Shown: positions 8,640-18,572, numbered from the stretch's first letter. The stretch: DNA of 64,000 bases from Hanamia sp. (GCA_035606215.1 DATNFV010000063.1:42526-106525), one strand, 5' to 3'. The notes: generated by a model from the sequence alone, not told the origin. Translations and numbers: made by a program.

Positions 8640-11600
8640 TTAAATACTTTTTTTACTAACTTTTACTGTAAAAGCGTCATTATTGACATCTATTTCGGTG
8701 CCTTCCGGTATTTTGGTGGAGAATTCAATTTTTTCTGCCAAAATTTCCGCGCAAATATACTCATTAAATTGAGTAATTATATCTTTGATCGACTCTTTTT
8801 CTTCTACCGCTAACAAGATTTTATCGGTCAGTTCAAAATCATTTTCTTTTCTGATATTTTGAATTCTATTAACAAATTCCCGTGCAAATCCTTCATTCTT
8901 CAATTCATCTGAAAGCACCAAATCGAGCGCAACCGTTAAATTACCTTTTACAGCTATTTCAAAACCGGGAATCTCATTAGTGCTGATCTCAATATCTTCC
9001 TCAGAAATAAAAATAGGTTCTTCATTCCTTTTTTCAAAATCAAAGTTTAATAAAAAGTTTCCAGCTTGTATCTTATTAATTGCCTCATCATCAAGTTCCT
9101 GAATTGTTGCAGCAGCCCATTTCATTTTCGGCCCAAGCTTCTTACCCAAAGTTTTGAAATTGGCTTTCGCTTTCTTTTTGATAAAGTTATTAGCCGCAGG
9201 CAAAATCTCTACTTCTTTAATATTTGTTTCTGACTTTATAATGTTTTCAACTTTCCTTATCTTCTGCTCAAAATCATTATCAATTCCTGGAATAATTACT
9301 TTTTGAAGTGGCTGACGAACTTTAATGTTTACTTTTTTCCGAAGTGACAAGATCAAGGAAGAAATGTCCTGGGCCAGTTGCATCCTTTCTTCCAGTTCTT
9401 TATTAATCAAACTTTCATCAGCTTTTGGAAAATCTGTTAAATGAACAGATTCTGCATTAATTTTCTGTGTTACGGAGTTTAGATTTTGAAATAACCAATC
9501 GGCAAAAAATGGTGCTATTGGAGCTATTAAGCCACTTAAAATATGCAAACATTCATACAGGGTCTGATATGCGGAAATCTTGTCTTTTTCACTTTCAGGA
9601 TTATTTTTATCAGCAGGTTTCCAAAATCTTCTCCGGTTAAGACGAACGTACCAATTGCTTAAATGTTCGTCTAAAAAATATTCAATGGCTCTTCCTGCCT
9701 GTGTTGGTTCGTAATCATCAAGGCTTTGTGTTACCTCTTTTATTAATGAATGTAAAGAAGAAAGGATCCATTGATCAAGTTCCGGTCTTTCATTGACAGG
9801 AATTGGATTTTCTTCAAAAACAAAACTATCAACATTGGCATACAGCGCAAAAAACTGGTAAGTATTGTAAAGTGTTCCGAAAAATTTTCGTTGAACTTCT
9901 TTGATTCCTTCTGTATCAAATTTAAGATTATCCCAGGGCGAAGCATTAGTAATCAAATACCAGCGTGTAGCATCTGCTCCAAAAACTTGAAGGGTTTCAA
10001 ACGGATCAACCACATTTCCAAGACGCTTGCTCATTTTATTTCCGTTCTTGTCCAGCACTAAGCCGTTGCTTACTACAGTTTTATAAGCTACACTGTCAAA
10101 TAGCAAAACAGCCAAAGCATGTAAAGTATAAAACCACCCACGAGTCTGGTCTACACCTTCTGCAATAAAATCAGCAGGAAAGTTTTTCTCAAATTGTTCT
10201 ACATTTTCAAATGGAAAATGCCATTGTGCATAAGGCATTGCACCGCTGTCGAACCAGACATCTATCAGATCAGGAACACGCTTCATTGGTTTTCCTGCGG
10301 AAGAAACGAGAATAATATTATCAACGTAAGGTTTATGAAGATCAGAAACCATTTTATCAATCTCCAAGAGAATGTCAGTATCTTTTTCTGCGTTTAAAAA
10401 TCCTACATCAAAAGATTTCCGGATTTCATTTTTTAATTCATCAATTGAGCCGATGCATTTTTCTTCACTTTCATCTTCTGTTCGCCAGATTGGCAATGGA
10501 GTGCCCCAAAAACGGCTACGGCTCAGGTTCCAATCAACCATATTTTCCAACCAGTTTCCGAATCTGCCCGTTCCTGTCGAAGCCGGTTTCCAATTAATGG
10601 TTTTATTCAGTTCAACCATTCTGTCTTTTACAGCAGTGGTTTTTATAAACCATGCGTCAAGAGGATAATAAATGATTGGTTTATCTGTACGCCAGCAGTG
10701 CGGATAATTATGCTGGTGTTTCTCAACTTTAAAAGCCCGGTTTTCTTTTTTTAATTTTACACAAATGTCCACGTTTACGTCTTCATAATGTGGCTCATCT
10801 TTGTAATTTTTCACGTAACGGCCGCTAAACTCCCCAACTCCTTTTATAAATTTTCCTTCCTTATCTACAAGGATTAAAATTCCCAAATTATTTTTCTTTC
10901 CTGCTTTAAAGTCATCGGCGCCAAACGCAGGAGCAGTATGAACAATACCTGTTCCATCTTCTGTGGTAACAAAATCCCCTAAAACCACTTTAAATGGTTC
11001 AGCTCCGGGAGTTATTTCCCGGATCTTTTCTAAAGAATTTGCTTCAAAAGGCATTAATTGTTCATAAGTCAATCCTTCTAACTGACTTCCTTTAAAAGTG
11101 GAAATCTTTTCCCACGGAATCAGTTTATCACTATCTTTAAAATCTGTTAATGGAAGAATTTCTGCATCAGCTTTAAAATAATTTGGAATCAAATCAGAAG
11201 CAAGAATCACATTAACTGGTAAATGTGTATAAGGATTAAATGTTTTGATTAAAGAATATTCAATATTAGCGCCGACGGTCAAACCAAGATTGGAAGGTAA
11301 AGTCCATGGTGTAGTCGTCCAGGCGAGAAAAAAAGCATCCCCGGCCTCCCCTAAATCCCCTCCAAGGGAGGGAACCTGTGACTCTTCAATTGCAGAAAAT
11401 ATTTTTTTAATTGTGGGGTGTTGTTCCTCCCCTCCCTTGGAGGGGCGGGGGAGGCGGAACATTATAGTTGCACTTGTATCTTTTACATCTTTATAAGTTC
11501 CCGGCTGGTTTAGTTCGTGAGAACTTAAACCTGTTCCTGCTGCCGGTGAAAAAGGTTGGATACTAACACTTTCGTACAAGTATCCTTTTTTGTATAATTC

Positions 11601-12098
11601 CTTCAGGCACCACCAAAGTGTTTCGATGTAATCATTTTCAAAAGTGATATAAGGATGTTGTAAATCAACCCAATAGCCCATCTTCTGCGTTACCTCATCC
11701 CATTTATCTTTAAACTTTAAAACTTCGCGACGGCAAGTGGCATTATATTCCTCAATTGAAATAGATTTACCAATATCTTCTTTTGTAATTCCCAATAATT
11801 TTTCAACTCCCAATTCTACCGGCAGTCCATGTGTATCCCAACCACCTTTCCGTTTTACCTGGAAGCCTTGCATAGTTTTATAACGGCAAACCAAATCTTT
11901 TAAAGTCCTGGAGATTACATGATGAATTCCTGGCATTCCATTGGCACTTGGTGGCCCTTCATAAAAAACAAAAGGAGTTTTACCATCACGGTTTGAAATA
12001 CTTTTTTTAAACGCATTTTCTTCATCCCATGATTTTAAAACCTCATCAGCAATTCCTGTAAGATCCAACTGCTTATATTCACGATATTTCTTCTTCAT
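8640..12098 (-). CDS. ileS: Isoleucine--tRNA ligase
   Basis: EGPPSANG..GIHH (HIGH-like), WTTTPWTLP, GTGIVH, KMSKR motifs. Confidence 0.98.
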   Translation of the reverse strand: MKKKYREYKQLDLTGIADEVLKSWDEENAFKKSISNRDGKTPFVFYEGPPSANGMPGIHHVISRTLKDLVCRYKTMQGFQVKRKGGWDTHGLPVELGVEKLLGITKEDIGKSISIEEYNATCRREVLKFKDKWDEVTQKMGYWVDLQHPYITFENDYIETLWWCLKELYKKGYLYESVSIQPFSPAAGTGLSSHELNQPGTYKDVKDTSATIMFRLPRPSKGGEEQHPTIKKIFSAIEESQVPSLGGDLGEAGDAFFLAWTTTPWTLPSNLGLTVGANIEYSLIKTFNPYTHLPVNVILASDLIPNYFKADAEILPLTDFKDSDKLIPWEKISTFKGSQLEGLTYEQLMPFEANSLEKIREITPGAEPFKVVLGDFVTTEDGTGIVHTAPAFGADDFKAGKKNNLGILILVDKEGKFIKGVGEFSGRYVKNYKDEPHYEDVNVDICVKLKKENRAFKVEKHQHNYPHCWRTDKPIIYYPLDAWFIKTTAVKDRMVELNKTINWKPASTGTGRFGNWLENMVDWNLSRSRFWGTPLPIWRTEDESEEKCIGSIDELKNEIRKSFDVGFLNAEKDTDILLEIDKMVSDLHKPYVDNIILVSSAGKPMKRVPDLIDVWFDSGAMPYAQWHFPFENVEQFEKNFPADFIAEGVDQTRGWFYTLHALAVLLFDSVAYKTVVSNGLVLDKNGNKMSKRLGNVVDPFETLQVFGADATRWYLITNASPWDNLKFDTEGIKEVQRKFFGTLYNTYQFFALYANVDSFVFEENPIPVNERPELDQWILSSLHSLIKEVTQSLDDYEPTQAGRAIEYFLDEHLSNWYVRLNRRRFWKPADKNNPESEKDKISAYQTLYECLHILSGLIAPIAPFFADWLFQNLNSVTQKINAESVHLTDFPKADESLINKELEERMQLAQDISSLILSLRKKVNIKVRQPLQKVIIPGIDNDFEQKIRKVENIIKSETNIKEVEILPAANNFIKKKAKANFKTLGKKLGPKMKWAAATIQELDDEAINKIQAGNFLLNFDFEKRNEEPIFISEEDIEISTNEIPGFEIAVKGNLTVALDLVLSDELKNEGFAREFVNRIQNIRKENDFELTDKILLAVEEKESIKDIITQFNEYICAEILAEKIEFSTKIPEGTEIDVNNDAFTVKVSKKSI
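11344..11455. repeat. Inverted pair of GC-rich REP-like hairpins (REPIN-like), in frame within ileS
   Basis: GCCTCCCCtaaatCCCCTCCAAGGGAGGG at 11344-11372, with an inverted copy ending at 11455 and an AT-rich spacer. Confidence 0.8.
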
Positions 12099-12128
12099 TC
12101 TTTATTGACCTTTTATAATAAAGGTGTG

Positions 12129-12136
12129 CAAAGGTA
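12129..12136 (-). promoter_or_regulatory. -7 promoter box for ileS-dksA
   Basis: TACCTTTG on the minus strand, about 30 nt upstream of the ATG. Confidence 0.65.
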
Positions 12137-12280
12137 AAGATTTTTACTACCTGTTTTGGCGCTGAAAATGATATTATTTACTTAAAAATTAATTTGATAA
12201 TCCAGTTAATTCTCCTTTGAAAACTAAAAAAAAGTTGATTTTTCTACTTATAAAATGCTTTGGCACAATATTTATGATAC

Positions 12281-12427
12281 TTGCAATATGATGTTCGAAA
12301 GAACAATGCCGTTGCAAACAAATGAAAAACACTGATTTCTAAATAATTGCATCCATTGCAATTTATTTGATCAGCGCCTTGCAATGGAAGGTTTTTGAAG
12401 GCGAAGGTTTTCCTTCGTCTTCTTTTT
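12281..12427 (+). ncRNA. Candidate structured small RNA (or small-peptide mRNA), opposite strand to both flanking genes
   Basis: Hairpins TGTTC-GAAA-GAACA and TCCATTGCAA...TTGCAATGGA; terminator GAAGGCGAAGG-tttt-CCTTCGTCTTC-TTTTT; TGGCAC box at 12261. Confidence 0.45.
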
Positions 12428-12452
12428 AGAATTAAACAGGATGAAAATACAC

Positions 12453-12484
12453 AAAAATGGCTTTCTCATTCAAGGGAAAGCCAT
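12453..12484 (-). terminator. Intrinsic terminator of the AraC regulator gene
   Basis: Minus strand ATGGCTTTCCC-ttgaat-GAGAAAGCCAT-TTTT. Confidence 0.7.
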
Positions 12485-12505
12485 ACTTATTTGATTGTCT
12501 TTATT

Positions 12506-13441
12506 TTATCTGAATAATAATTCGCACGGCTTTATGCCGGTATGTTTTTTAAAAGCAGTTGAAAAATGAGAAATCGAAGAATATCCGAGTGATGCTGAAA
12601 CTTCAGTAACCGTTAATCCTTTTTCATACAATAAATATTTGGCATGTTCCATTCGCTGACTTTGGAAAAAATCAAAAATAGTTGTTCCATACATTTCTTT
12701 AAATCCTTTTTTCAGATAACATTCATTGATCGCGGCTTTTCTGCTAAGTTCTTTAATCGTAAGTGGCTCTCCGATATGTTGCAATAAAACCTGACGCGCC
12801 AAAGCTATTTTTTCACGATCAGCTTCATTCATCAAAAATTTACATGAAAATTCTCCTTCACTTTCCCCTCCCATACATTCGATGCTGTATAATAATAACA
12901 TTTGAGTTTGTGCATTAATGAAAATATTTTCCATACTGTCTGTGTAAGTATGATTCATTAACGAGTTGAGAACGGTTCGCGTACGGCTGCAAAGAGGAAG
13001 AACTTTTGTAAAAGAAGTGGTGTGGTTAAAATTTAAAATATCTTCTGAAAAAGTAGTAGTTTTTATTCCTTTCACAAATTGTGAAAGATGATCTGTGTTG
13101 AAACGGAAACACGCTACGTCAATTGTTTCTACCAATTCTTCACAGTTATGGGATTGGGAATGTTTACAAAAATTACATTCCTTATCTTTTTGTTTGCAAT
13201 AGCGATTTCCTTCAAGGCAGAAAACCAATTCAAGATTCCCGGATTTTTGATCCTCCTCATTATAGTTATAAACCATCATCCCTACTTCTTCAACAGACAT
13301 TTTTGGAGATTTGCGGTAACGGTTAATAACATACTGAACTGATCCCGGAATATTTTGAGAGCTGTGCTGTACTAATTCCATCTCTTCGTTCATTACAGGA
13401 TGGCTCAAAGCGATGGATAAAATATTTTGAGCAGATTCCAT
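12506..13441 (-). CDS. AraC family transcriptional regulator with a Cys-rich N-terminal segment
   Basis: C-terminal double HTH (LKKGFKEMYGTTIF...GYSSISHFSTAFKKHTGIKP); TACCTTTG box at 13462-13469. Confidence 0.92.
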   Translation of the reverse strand: MESAQNILSIALSHPVMNEEMELVQHSSQNIPGSVQYVINRYRKSPKMSVEEVGMMVYNYNEEDQKSGNLELVFCLEGNRYCKQKDKECNFCKHSQSHNCEELVETIDVACFRFNTDHLSQFVKGIKTTTFSEDILNFNHTTSFTKVLPLCSRTRTVLNSLMNHTYTDSMENIFINAQTQMLLLYSIECMGGESEGEFSCKFLMNEADREKIALARQVLLQHIGEPLTIKELSRKAAINECYLKKGFKEMYGTTIFDFFQSQRMEHAKYLLYEKGLTVTEVSASLGYSSISHFSTAFKKHTGIKPCELLFR

Positions 13442-13568
13442 TACTTAAAATTTGAATGTTGCAAAGGTAGCCATTCTCAAGGGAAGTTTGGTTGCAAAAG
13501 CATTGAACATGATAACAATCATATCATTTTTATATTTCTAAAATTAGGATTTTGATTTATTTCCTCTG

Positions 13569-14411
13569 TTACTGCCTGTTTAATTTCGCAGCTTCCCATC
13601 CAATCATTGCGGCTTTTCTGGTGCTTCCCCAATGATAACCTCCAAAACTTCCTGTTGATTGAATAACGCGGTGGCAAGGAATCAGAAATGCAACCGGATT
13701 GTCTCCAATAGCTGTTCCTACTGCTCTTGAAGCTTTCGGGTTTTCAATATGAGATGCAATAGTTCCATATGTTGTTAATTTCCCCATCGGAATTTTTAAG
13801 AGCGTTTCCCATACTTTTATTTGAAAATCTGTTCCTTTTAAATGCAGTTTTATTTCATTTAGATGATTCCAGTCGTGTGTGAAAATGAATAACGCATTTT
13901 GCTGAATCAGATCAGCCATCTGTTTGAAATGCGCGTTTGGAAATTTTTGGATCAATGCGTTTAAAGCTTCTGTTTCGTCATCAGCAAAAGCAATATGACA
14001 AATTCCTTTTGTGGTAGAGGCAACGATAATATTTCCAAAAGGACTTTCCGCAAAACTATAATTAATACGAAGATTTTGCCCCCCATTTTTATATTCACCA
14101 GGTGTCATTCCTTCAATGTTAATGAACAGATCATGCAACCGGCTTGTGCCTGAAAGCCCTGTTTCCATCGCTGTTTCAAACAAAGAAACATTATTTTCTT
14201 TCAATATTTTTTTGGCATATTCTGCGGTGATATATTGCAAAAATTTTTTCGGACTTGTTCCTGCCCATTCTGTAAATATTTTTTGAAAATGAAATGGACT
14301 TAAATGAATTTCTGCTGCAACTTCTTCCAGTTGCGGTTGCGATTTAAAATTTTTCTGAATAAAATCTATTGCCTCGGCAATGCGATTAAAATTAATATTC
14401 TCATCATTCAT
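13569..14411 (-). CDS. Ada-like HTH plus methylated-DNA--protein-cysteine methyltransferase
   Basis: LSPFHFQKIF HTH and the active-site IPCHRV; no N-terminal Ada zinc domain. Confidence 0.92.
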   Translation of the reverse strand: MNDENINFNRIAEAIDFIQKNFKSQPQLEEVAAEIHLSPFHFQKIFTEWAGTSPKKFLQYITAEYAKKILKENNVSLFETAMETGLSGTSRLHDLFINIEGMTPGEYKNGGQNLRINYSFAESPFGNIIVASTTKGICHIAFADDETEALNALIQKFPNAHFKQMADLIQQNALFIFTHDWNHLNEIKLHLKGTDFQIKVWETLLKIPMGKLTTYGTIASHIENPKASRAVGTAIGDNPVAFLIPCHRVIQSTGSFGGYHWGSTRKAAMIGWEAAKLNRQ

Positions 14412-14547
14412 TTTTCTTCATTATAAAAGCAAAAATAGAAATGAAAAGTTCTACTTCCTACCCGAAACTTGCTATTCTTATTTTTTGAAAACAATGTTGA
14501 GAAATAAGAAATTAGAATCTTTTAAATTTGTGCGCAAACGATTCTTT

Positions 14548-14967
14548 ATGGAATTTCTTTTTGAGTTTGATGAAATTGAAAATACTGCGAAAGATTTTTT
14601 AAAAATGGCTGATAATTATAAGGTTTTTGCTTTTACAGGAGATTTGGGAGCTGGAAAAACTACATTCATTAGTTCGCTTTGTAACCAATTGAAGGTGGAT
14701 GAAACAGTTAGTAGTCCTACATTTTCCATCATCCAGGAATATAAAACGAAGTTAGACAAAATCATTTACCATATAGATTTATATCGCATTAAAAATAAAG
14801 AAGAGGCAATGGATGCAGGGATTGAAGATTGTTTGAACAGCGATGAAATGTGCTTTGTTGAATGGCCTGAAAAAGCTCAGGAGATTTTCCCGCCATCTAC
14901 TGTTTTCACCAGCATTGAAACTATTTCTCCTACTTCACGAAAATTGATTATAACATTTCCGGCATAA
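14548..14967 (+). CDS. tsaE: tRNA threonylcarbamoyladenosine biosynthesis ATPase TsaE
   Basis: GDLGAGKTT, SPTFSII, HIDLYR, VEWPE; start moved to ATG 14548, behind TAAATTTG at 14523-14530. Confidence 0.95.
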   Translation: MEFLFEFDEIENTAKDFLKMADNYKVFAFTGDLGAGKTTFISSLCNQLKVDETVSSPTFSIIQEYKTKLDKIIYHIDLYRIKNKEEAMDAGIEDCLNSDEMCFVEWPEKAQEIFPPSTVFTSIETISPTSRKLIITFPA

Positions 14968-15007
14968 AAATTTATATTTATATAACTATTCATTGTAAAC
15001 TAAGTCC

Positions 15008-16222
15008 ATGGCATCCTCAAAACCTTTTGTTTCCCCTTCTTTCACTTATGAAACGTTAGAAGAAACGCTTGATATTAAACCGAAAGGCGCAGAATTATTG
15101 ATTGGTATTCCAAAAGAAACTTCATTCCAGGAAAACCGGATAGCTCTTACTCCTGAAGCAGTTACTGTGCTTGCTGCTAATGGCCATCGGATTATTATGG
15201 AAAGCAAAGCCGGGGAAGGCGCTAGTTATTCTGATAAGGATTACAGTGATGCAGGAGCAAAAATTGCGCATCATAAAAAGGAAGTTTTTGAGTGCGATGT
15301 GATTGTGAAAAGTGCACCAGTTTGTGAAACTGAAATAGATCTCTTAAAACCCAATCAATTTATCATTTCTCCGATTCATGTAACGGCGATGAAACGTGAG
15401 ATTCTCGAAAAAATGATGGAGAAAAAAATTACTGCACTTAGTTTTGAAAATCTGAAAGATGATAGTGGACATAATCCGATCGTACGTAGCATGAGTGAAA
15501 TTGCCGGAAGCGCTGTAATGCTGATTGCAGGTCAATATCTCAGTAATGCGAATCATGGAAAAGGTGTTTTGGTTGGGGGTATTTCCGGAATTCCTCCTAC
15601 AAAAGTCATTATTATCGGAGCAGGAATTGTGGGCGAACAAGCTGCACGAACAGCGCTGGCAATGGGTGCCAGCATTAAAATTTTCGATAACAGTATTTAC
15701 CGGTTGAAGCGTCTGCAAAATAATATTGGTTTACGTTTATACACCTCGGTTATAGAGCCTGGAATTTTATCCAAACAATTAAAGACCTGCGATGTGGCTG
15801 TAGGTGCATTAGCAGCTTCCGGAGGAAGAACGCCACTTGTTGTAACGGAAGAGATGGTAAGTAAGATGCGGCCAGGAAGCGTGATCGTAGATGTTAGCAT
15901 TGATCATGGTGGTTGTTTTGAAACTTCAAAAATTACTTCTCATTCATCGCCTGTTTTCAAAAAATATGATGTTATACATTATTGTGTTCCTAATATTCCA
16001 AGTGGTTTTGCGCGAACCGCTTCACAGGCAATCAGTAACGTATTAATGCCGCTAATGCTTGAGATGGCTGATGATGGCGGGTTTGAGAATTTAGTGTGGT
16101 ACAAAATCAATATCCGAAGTGGCATTTATTTATTCAAAGGAGCGCTGACCAATTTTCACCTTAGTCAAAGATTTGATTTAAAATTCACTGACCTGAATTT
16201 ATTGATCGCAAGCAGAAGATAA
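15008..16222 (+). CDS. ald: Alanine dehydrogenase
   Basis: IGIPKE...ENRIALTP, MSEIAG, GAGIVG, DVSIDHGGCFETS, HYCVPNIP. Confidence 0.92.
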   Translation: MASSKPFVSPSFTYETLEETLDIKPKGAELLIGIPKETSFQENRIALTPEAVTVLAANGHRIIMESKAGEGASYSDKDYSDAGAKIAHHKKEVFECDVIVKSAPVCETEIDLLKPNQFIISPIHVTAMKREILEKMMEKKITALSFENLKDDSGHNPIVRSMSEIAGSAVMLIAGQYLSNANHGKGVLVGGISGIPPTKVIIIGAGIVGEQAARTALAMGASIKIFDNSIYRLKRLQNNIGLRLYTSVIEPGILSKQLKTCDVAVGALAASGGRTPLVVTEEMVSKMRPGSVIVDVSIDHGGCFETSKITSHSSPVFKKYDVIHYCVPNIPSGFARTASQAISNVLMPLMLEMADDGGFENLVWYKINIRSGIYLFKGALTNFHLSQRFDLKFTDLNLLIASRR

Positions 16223-16268
16223 ACTGCTTTTATTTTTTCACTTGCTCAAAAATAAAATGAGACAAATT

Positions 16269-17417
16269 TTAAACATCTCTTTCCTGTGCCCTCAACCATC
16301 TTTCCGGAATTTCATTATTGCTTGCAAATAAGTAATCTTTATAACTGCAGGGGATCATTTTTCTATCGGGTAATTGCATCCACCATCTTCCTGTTTTTTT
16401 GCTTTGCATAAATACAGTATCCACTTCAGCAAATGCAGTATGATATTCATTAAAATTTTGTCGTTCGGTTAATAAAGATTCCTGCCGGCTTCTGTTTTTC
16501 CCGTCAATAAAATACCAGATCATTTGCGCAATTTGCAAGGCCGTAAGGTCTTGAACATCTTTTGATGAATCATACCCATAAATTCCAAAAGAAGAAACGC
16601 CTGTACTCATTCCAGCAAAACGTGCAATGGCGCAAGCTTCTTCTCCGGTAAATCCATTAGAACTACATGTGGATGCCGGAGCATCACTATTTTTTATAGC
16701 AGCAATATCAAAACTGAATAAATCAGAGTTACGAATCACAGGTTCCATTTCATCCAAATCTTCTTTTACAGTTCCCACTCTGAAACAATCAAATCTAAGT
16801 TTATCCATTGTTTCAAGCATTCGCGGATGAACAAAATAACTTTGAAAACCTATGTGATTATAATGCCTTACCATATTTGGTTCGCTGGTAAGCATTTCCA
16901 TCAAAAAGTTTTCACTTCGTAGCGGCGATTCACTTCTCAAATCTATTGTCGCATCAACAACTGTCGCGTCAATTATTTTATTTAAATCTTTATATGCAAA
17001 ATATTGCGCTAAAGTATTGTCATGGGAACCGCCAATGATCGCCACTGTTTTTTTCAACTGAAATAATTCTTTCAGCACAATCATCAGTGCAGAATAAGTA
17101 TCTGTTAATGAAGAGCCGCTTTTGATATTTCCAATATCGGCAATCGTGATATCTTTATGCCAGTAATGCAATTCATAAAATTTCTTACGAATAGCGTCCG
17201 CAGAATTTTCACTTGCAATAAATCCATTTCCACGGAATTCATTTACTCCAACAATTACAATATCTATATCTGATAAATCAGGAATTTCTTCTTCGTTTAT
17301 TTTAATTACATTTCCCATCTGGCTGTCGTTGTATGCACTGTCATCGCTGATTTCAGCCACATTTACCGGAATTAAATACTCATGTAAATCGTAAGTCAAT
17401 TTTTTATTTTTTGGCAA
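16269..17417 (-). CDS. Arginase/formimidoylglutamase family protein (start may be TTG at 17399)
   Basis: ADIGNI, IIGGSHD, SFDIAAI, SNGFTGEEAC ureohydrolase-fold motifs. Confidence 0.8.
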   Translation of the reverse strand: MPKNKKLTYDLHEYLIPVNVAEISDDSAYNDSQMGNVIKINEEEIPDLSDIDIVIVGVNEFRGNGFIASENSADAIRKKFYELHYWHKDITIADIGNIKSGSSLTDTYSALMIVLKELFQLKKTVAIIGGSHDNTLAQYFAYKDLNKIIDATVVDATIDLRSESPLRSENFLMEMLTSEPNMVRHYNHIGFQSYFVHPRMLETMDKLRFDCFRVGTVKEDLDEMEPVIRNSDLFSFDIAAIKNSDAPASTCSSNGFTGEEACAIARFAGMSTGVSSFGIYGYDSSKDVQDLTALQIAQMIWYFIDGKNRSRQESLLTERQNFNEYHTAFAEVDTVFMQSKKTGRWWMQLPDRKMIPCSYKDYLFASNNEIPERWLRAQERDV

Positions 17418-17540
17418 ACCTAACGGATAAAATGGAGATTTAAAAGGTGAATTAAATATGTGAAACTTTTAATCGGATTCTGCAAAACATTCTTTAAAAG
17501 CCGAAATCTTTTGTAACTGTGGTTCACTTATTTTTGCAAT

Positions 17541-18572
17541 ATGGAAAATCTGCTAACGCAAATAAATCTTTTAAAAGACGAGATCGCTAATTTTTTAAGC
17601 GATGATAAAAATCCTGGTGAAGTATTTCGTATCAGGTTTCTTGGTTCCAACGGGTCTGTAAAAGCATTGATGGGCGAAATGAAAAATGTTGCCCCGGAAA
17701 ACAAAAGAGAAATGGGAAAAGTGTTGAATGAATTAAAATTATTTGCAGAAAATAAATTGGAAGAATTAAAAAAGTCAACCGATAACGGACGACCGGCAAC
17801 CGAAAGCAGTATTGACCTTTCATTGCCTGGTGATGCGTTGCCAATAGGAAGCCGGCATCCGATAAGTATTGTAAGAAATAAAATTGTTTCTATTTTTCAG
17901 AGGCTTGGTTTTGCTGTTGCTGAAGGGCCGGAAATTGAAGACGATTGGCACAATTTTACAGCTTTAAATTTGCCTGAAAATCATCCGGCGCGCGATATGC
18001 AGGATACATTTTATGTTTCACAAAATCCTGCATGGATGTTGCGTACACATACGAGCAGCGTACAAGTTCGTGAAATGGAAAAAGGAAAACTGCCAATCAG
18101 AATTATTTGCCCGGGTCGTGTTTATCGAAATGAAACCATCAGCGCAAGAGCGCATTGTTTTTTTAACCAGGTGGAAGGTTTATATATTGCCGATAATGTT
18201 TCATTTGCAGACCTCAAACAAACACTTTACTTTTTTGTTCAGGAAATGTTTGGTAAAGAGATGAAAGTTCGCTTTCGTCCTTCTTATTTTCCTTTTACCG
18301 AGCCGAGTGCAGAAATGGATATCTCCTGTTTGATCTGTGGAGGCGCGGGTTGTAACGTTTGTAAACACACCGGTTGGGTAGAAATTCTCGGTTGCGGAAT
18401 GGTTCATCCAAGTGTGTTGGAAAATTGTGGAATTGATTCCAAAAAATATACAGGTTTTGCATTTGGAATGGGAATAGAAAGAATTACAATGCTGAAATAC
18501 CAGATAAAAGATTTGAGAATTTTCAGTGAAAATGATCTTCGGTTTTTAAAACAATTTACAAGCGCTGTCTGA
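17541..18572 (+). CDS. pheS: Phenylalanine--tRNA ligase alpha subunit
   Basis: HPARDMQDTF, LRTHTS, FRPSYFPFTEPS, GFAFGMGIER; TATTTTTG box at 17529-17536. Confidence 0.98.
   Translation: MENLLTQINLLKDEIANFLSDDKNPGEVFRIRFLGSNGSVKALMGEMKNVAPENKREMGKVLNELKLFAENKLEELKKSTDNGRPATESSIDLSLPGDALPIGSRHPISIVRNKIVSIFQRLGFAVAEGPEIEDDWHNFTALNLPENHPARDMQDTFYVSQNPAWMLRTHTSSVQVREMEKGKLPIRIICPGRVYRNETISARAHCFFNQVEGLYIADNVSFADLKQTLYFFVQEMFGKEMKVRFRPSYFPFTEPSAEMDISCLICGGAGCNVCKHTGWVEILGCGMVHPSVLENCGIDSKKYTGFAFGMGIERITMLKYQIKDLRIFSENDLRFLKQFTSAV
17776..17803 (+). repeat. Degenerate 7-bp tandem repeat (4 units) in the pheS linker
   Basis: CAACCGA-TAACGGA-CGACCGG-CAACCGA. Confidence 0.5.

Noticed and set aside
11344-11455. 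Intein or intron in ileS
   Set aside because: Too short, no Cys/Ser start or His-Asn end, and the frame is continuous; a palindromic repeat explains it better.
12281-12427. T-box or attenuator controlling ileS
   Set aside because: It lies upstream of the ileS -7 box, its terminator points away from ileS, and no T-box motif is visible.
14380-14547. N-terminal extension of TsaE overlapping the ada-like gene
   Set aside because: A promoter box at 14523-14530 and the usual TsaE length favour ATG 14548.
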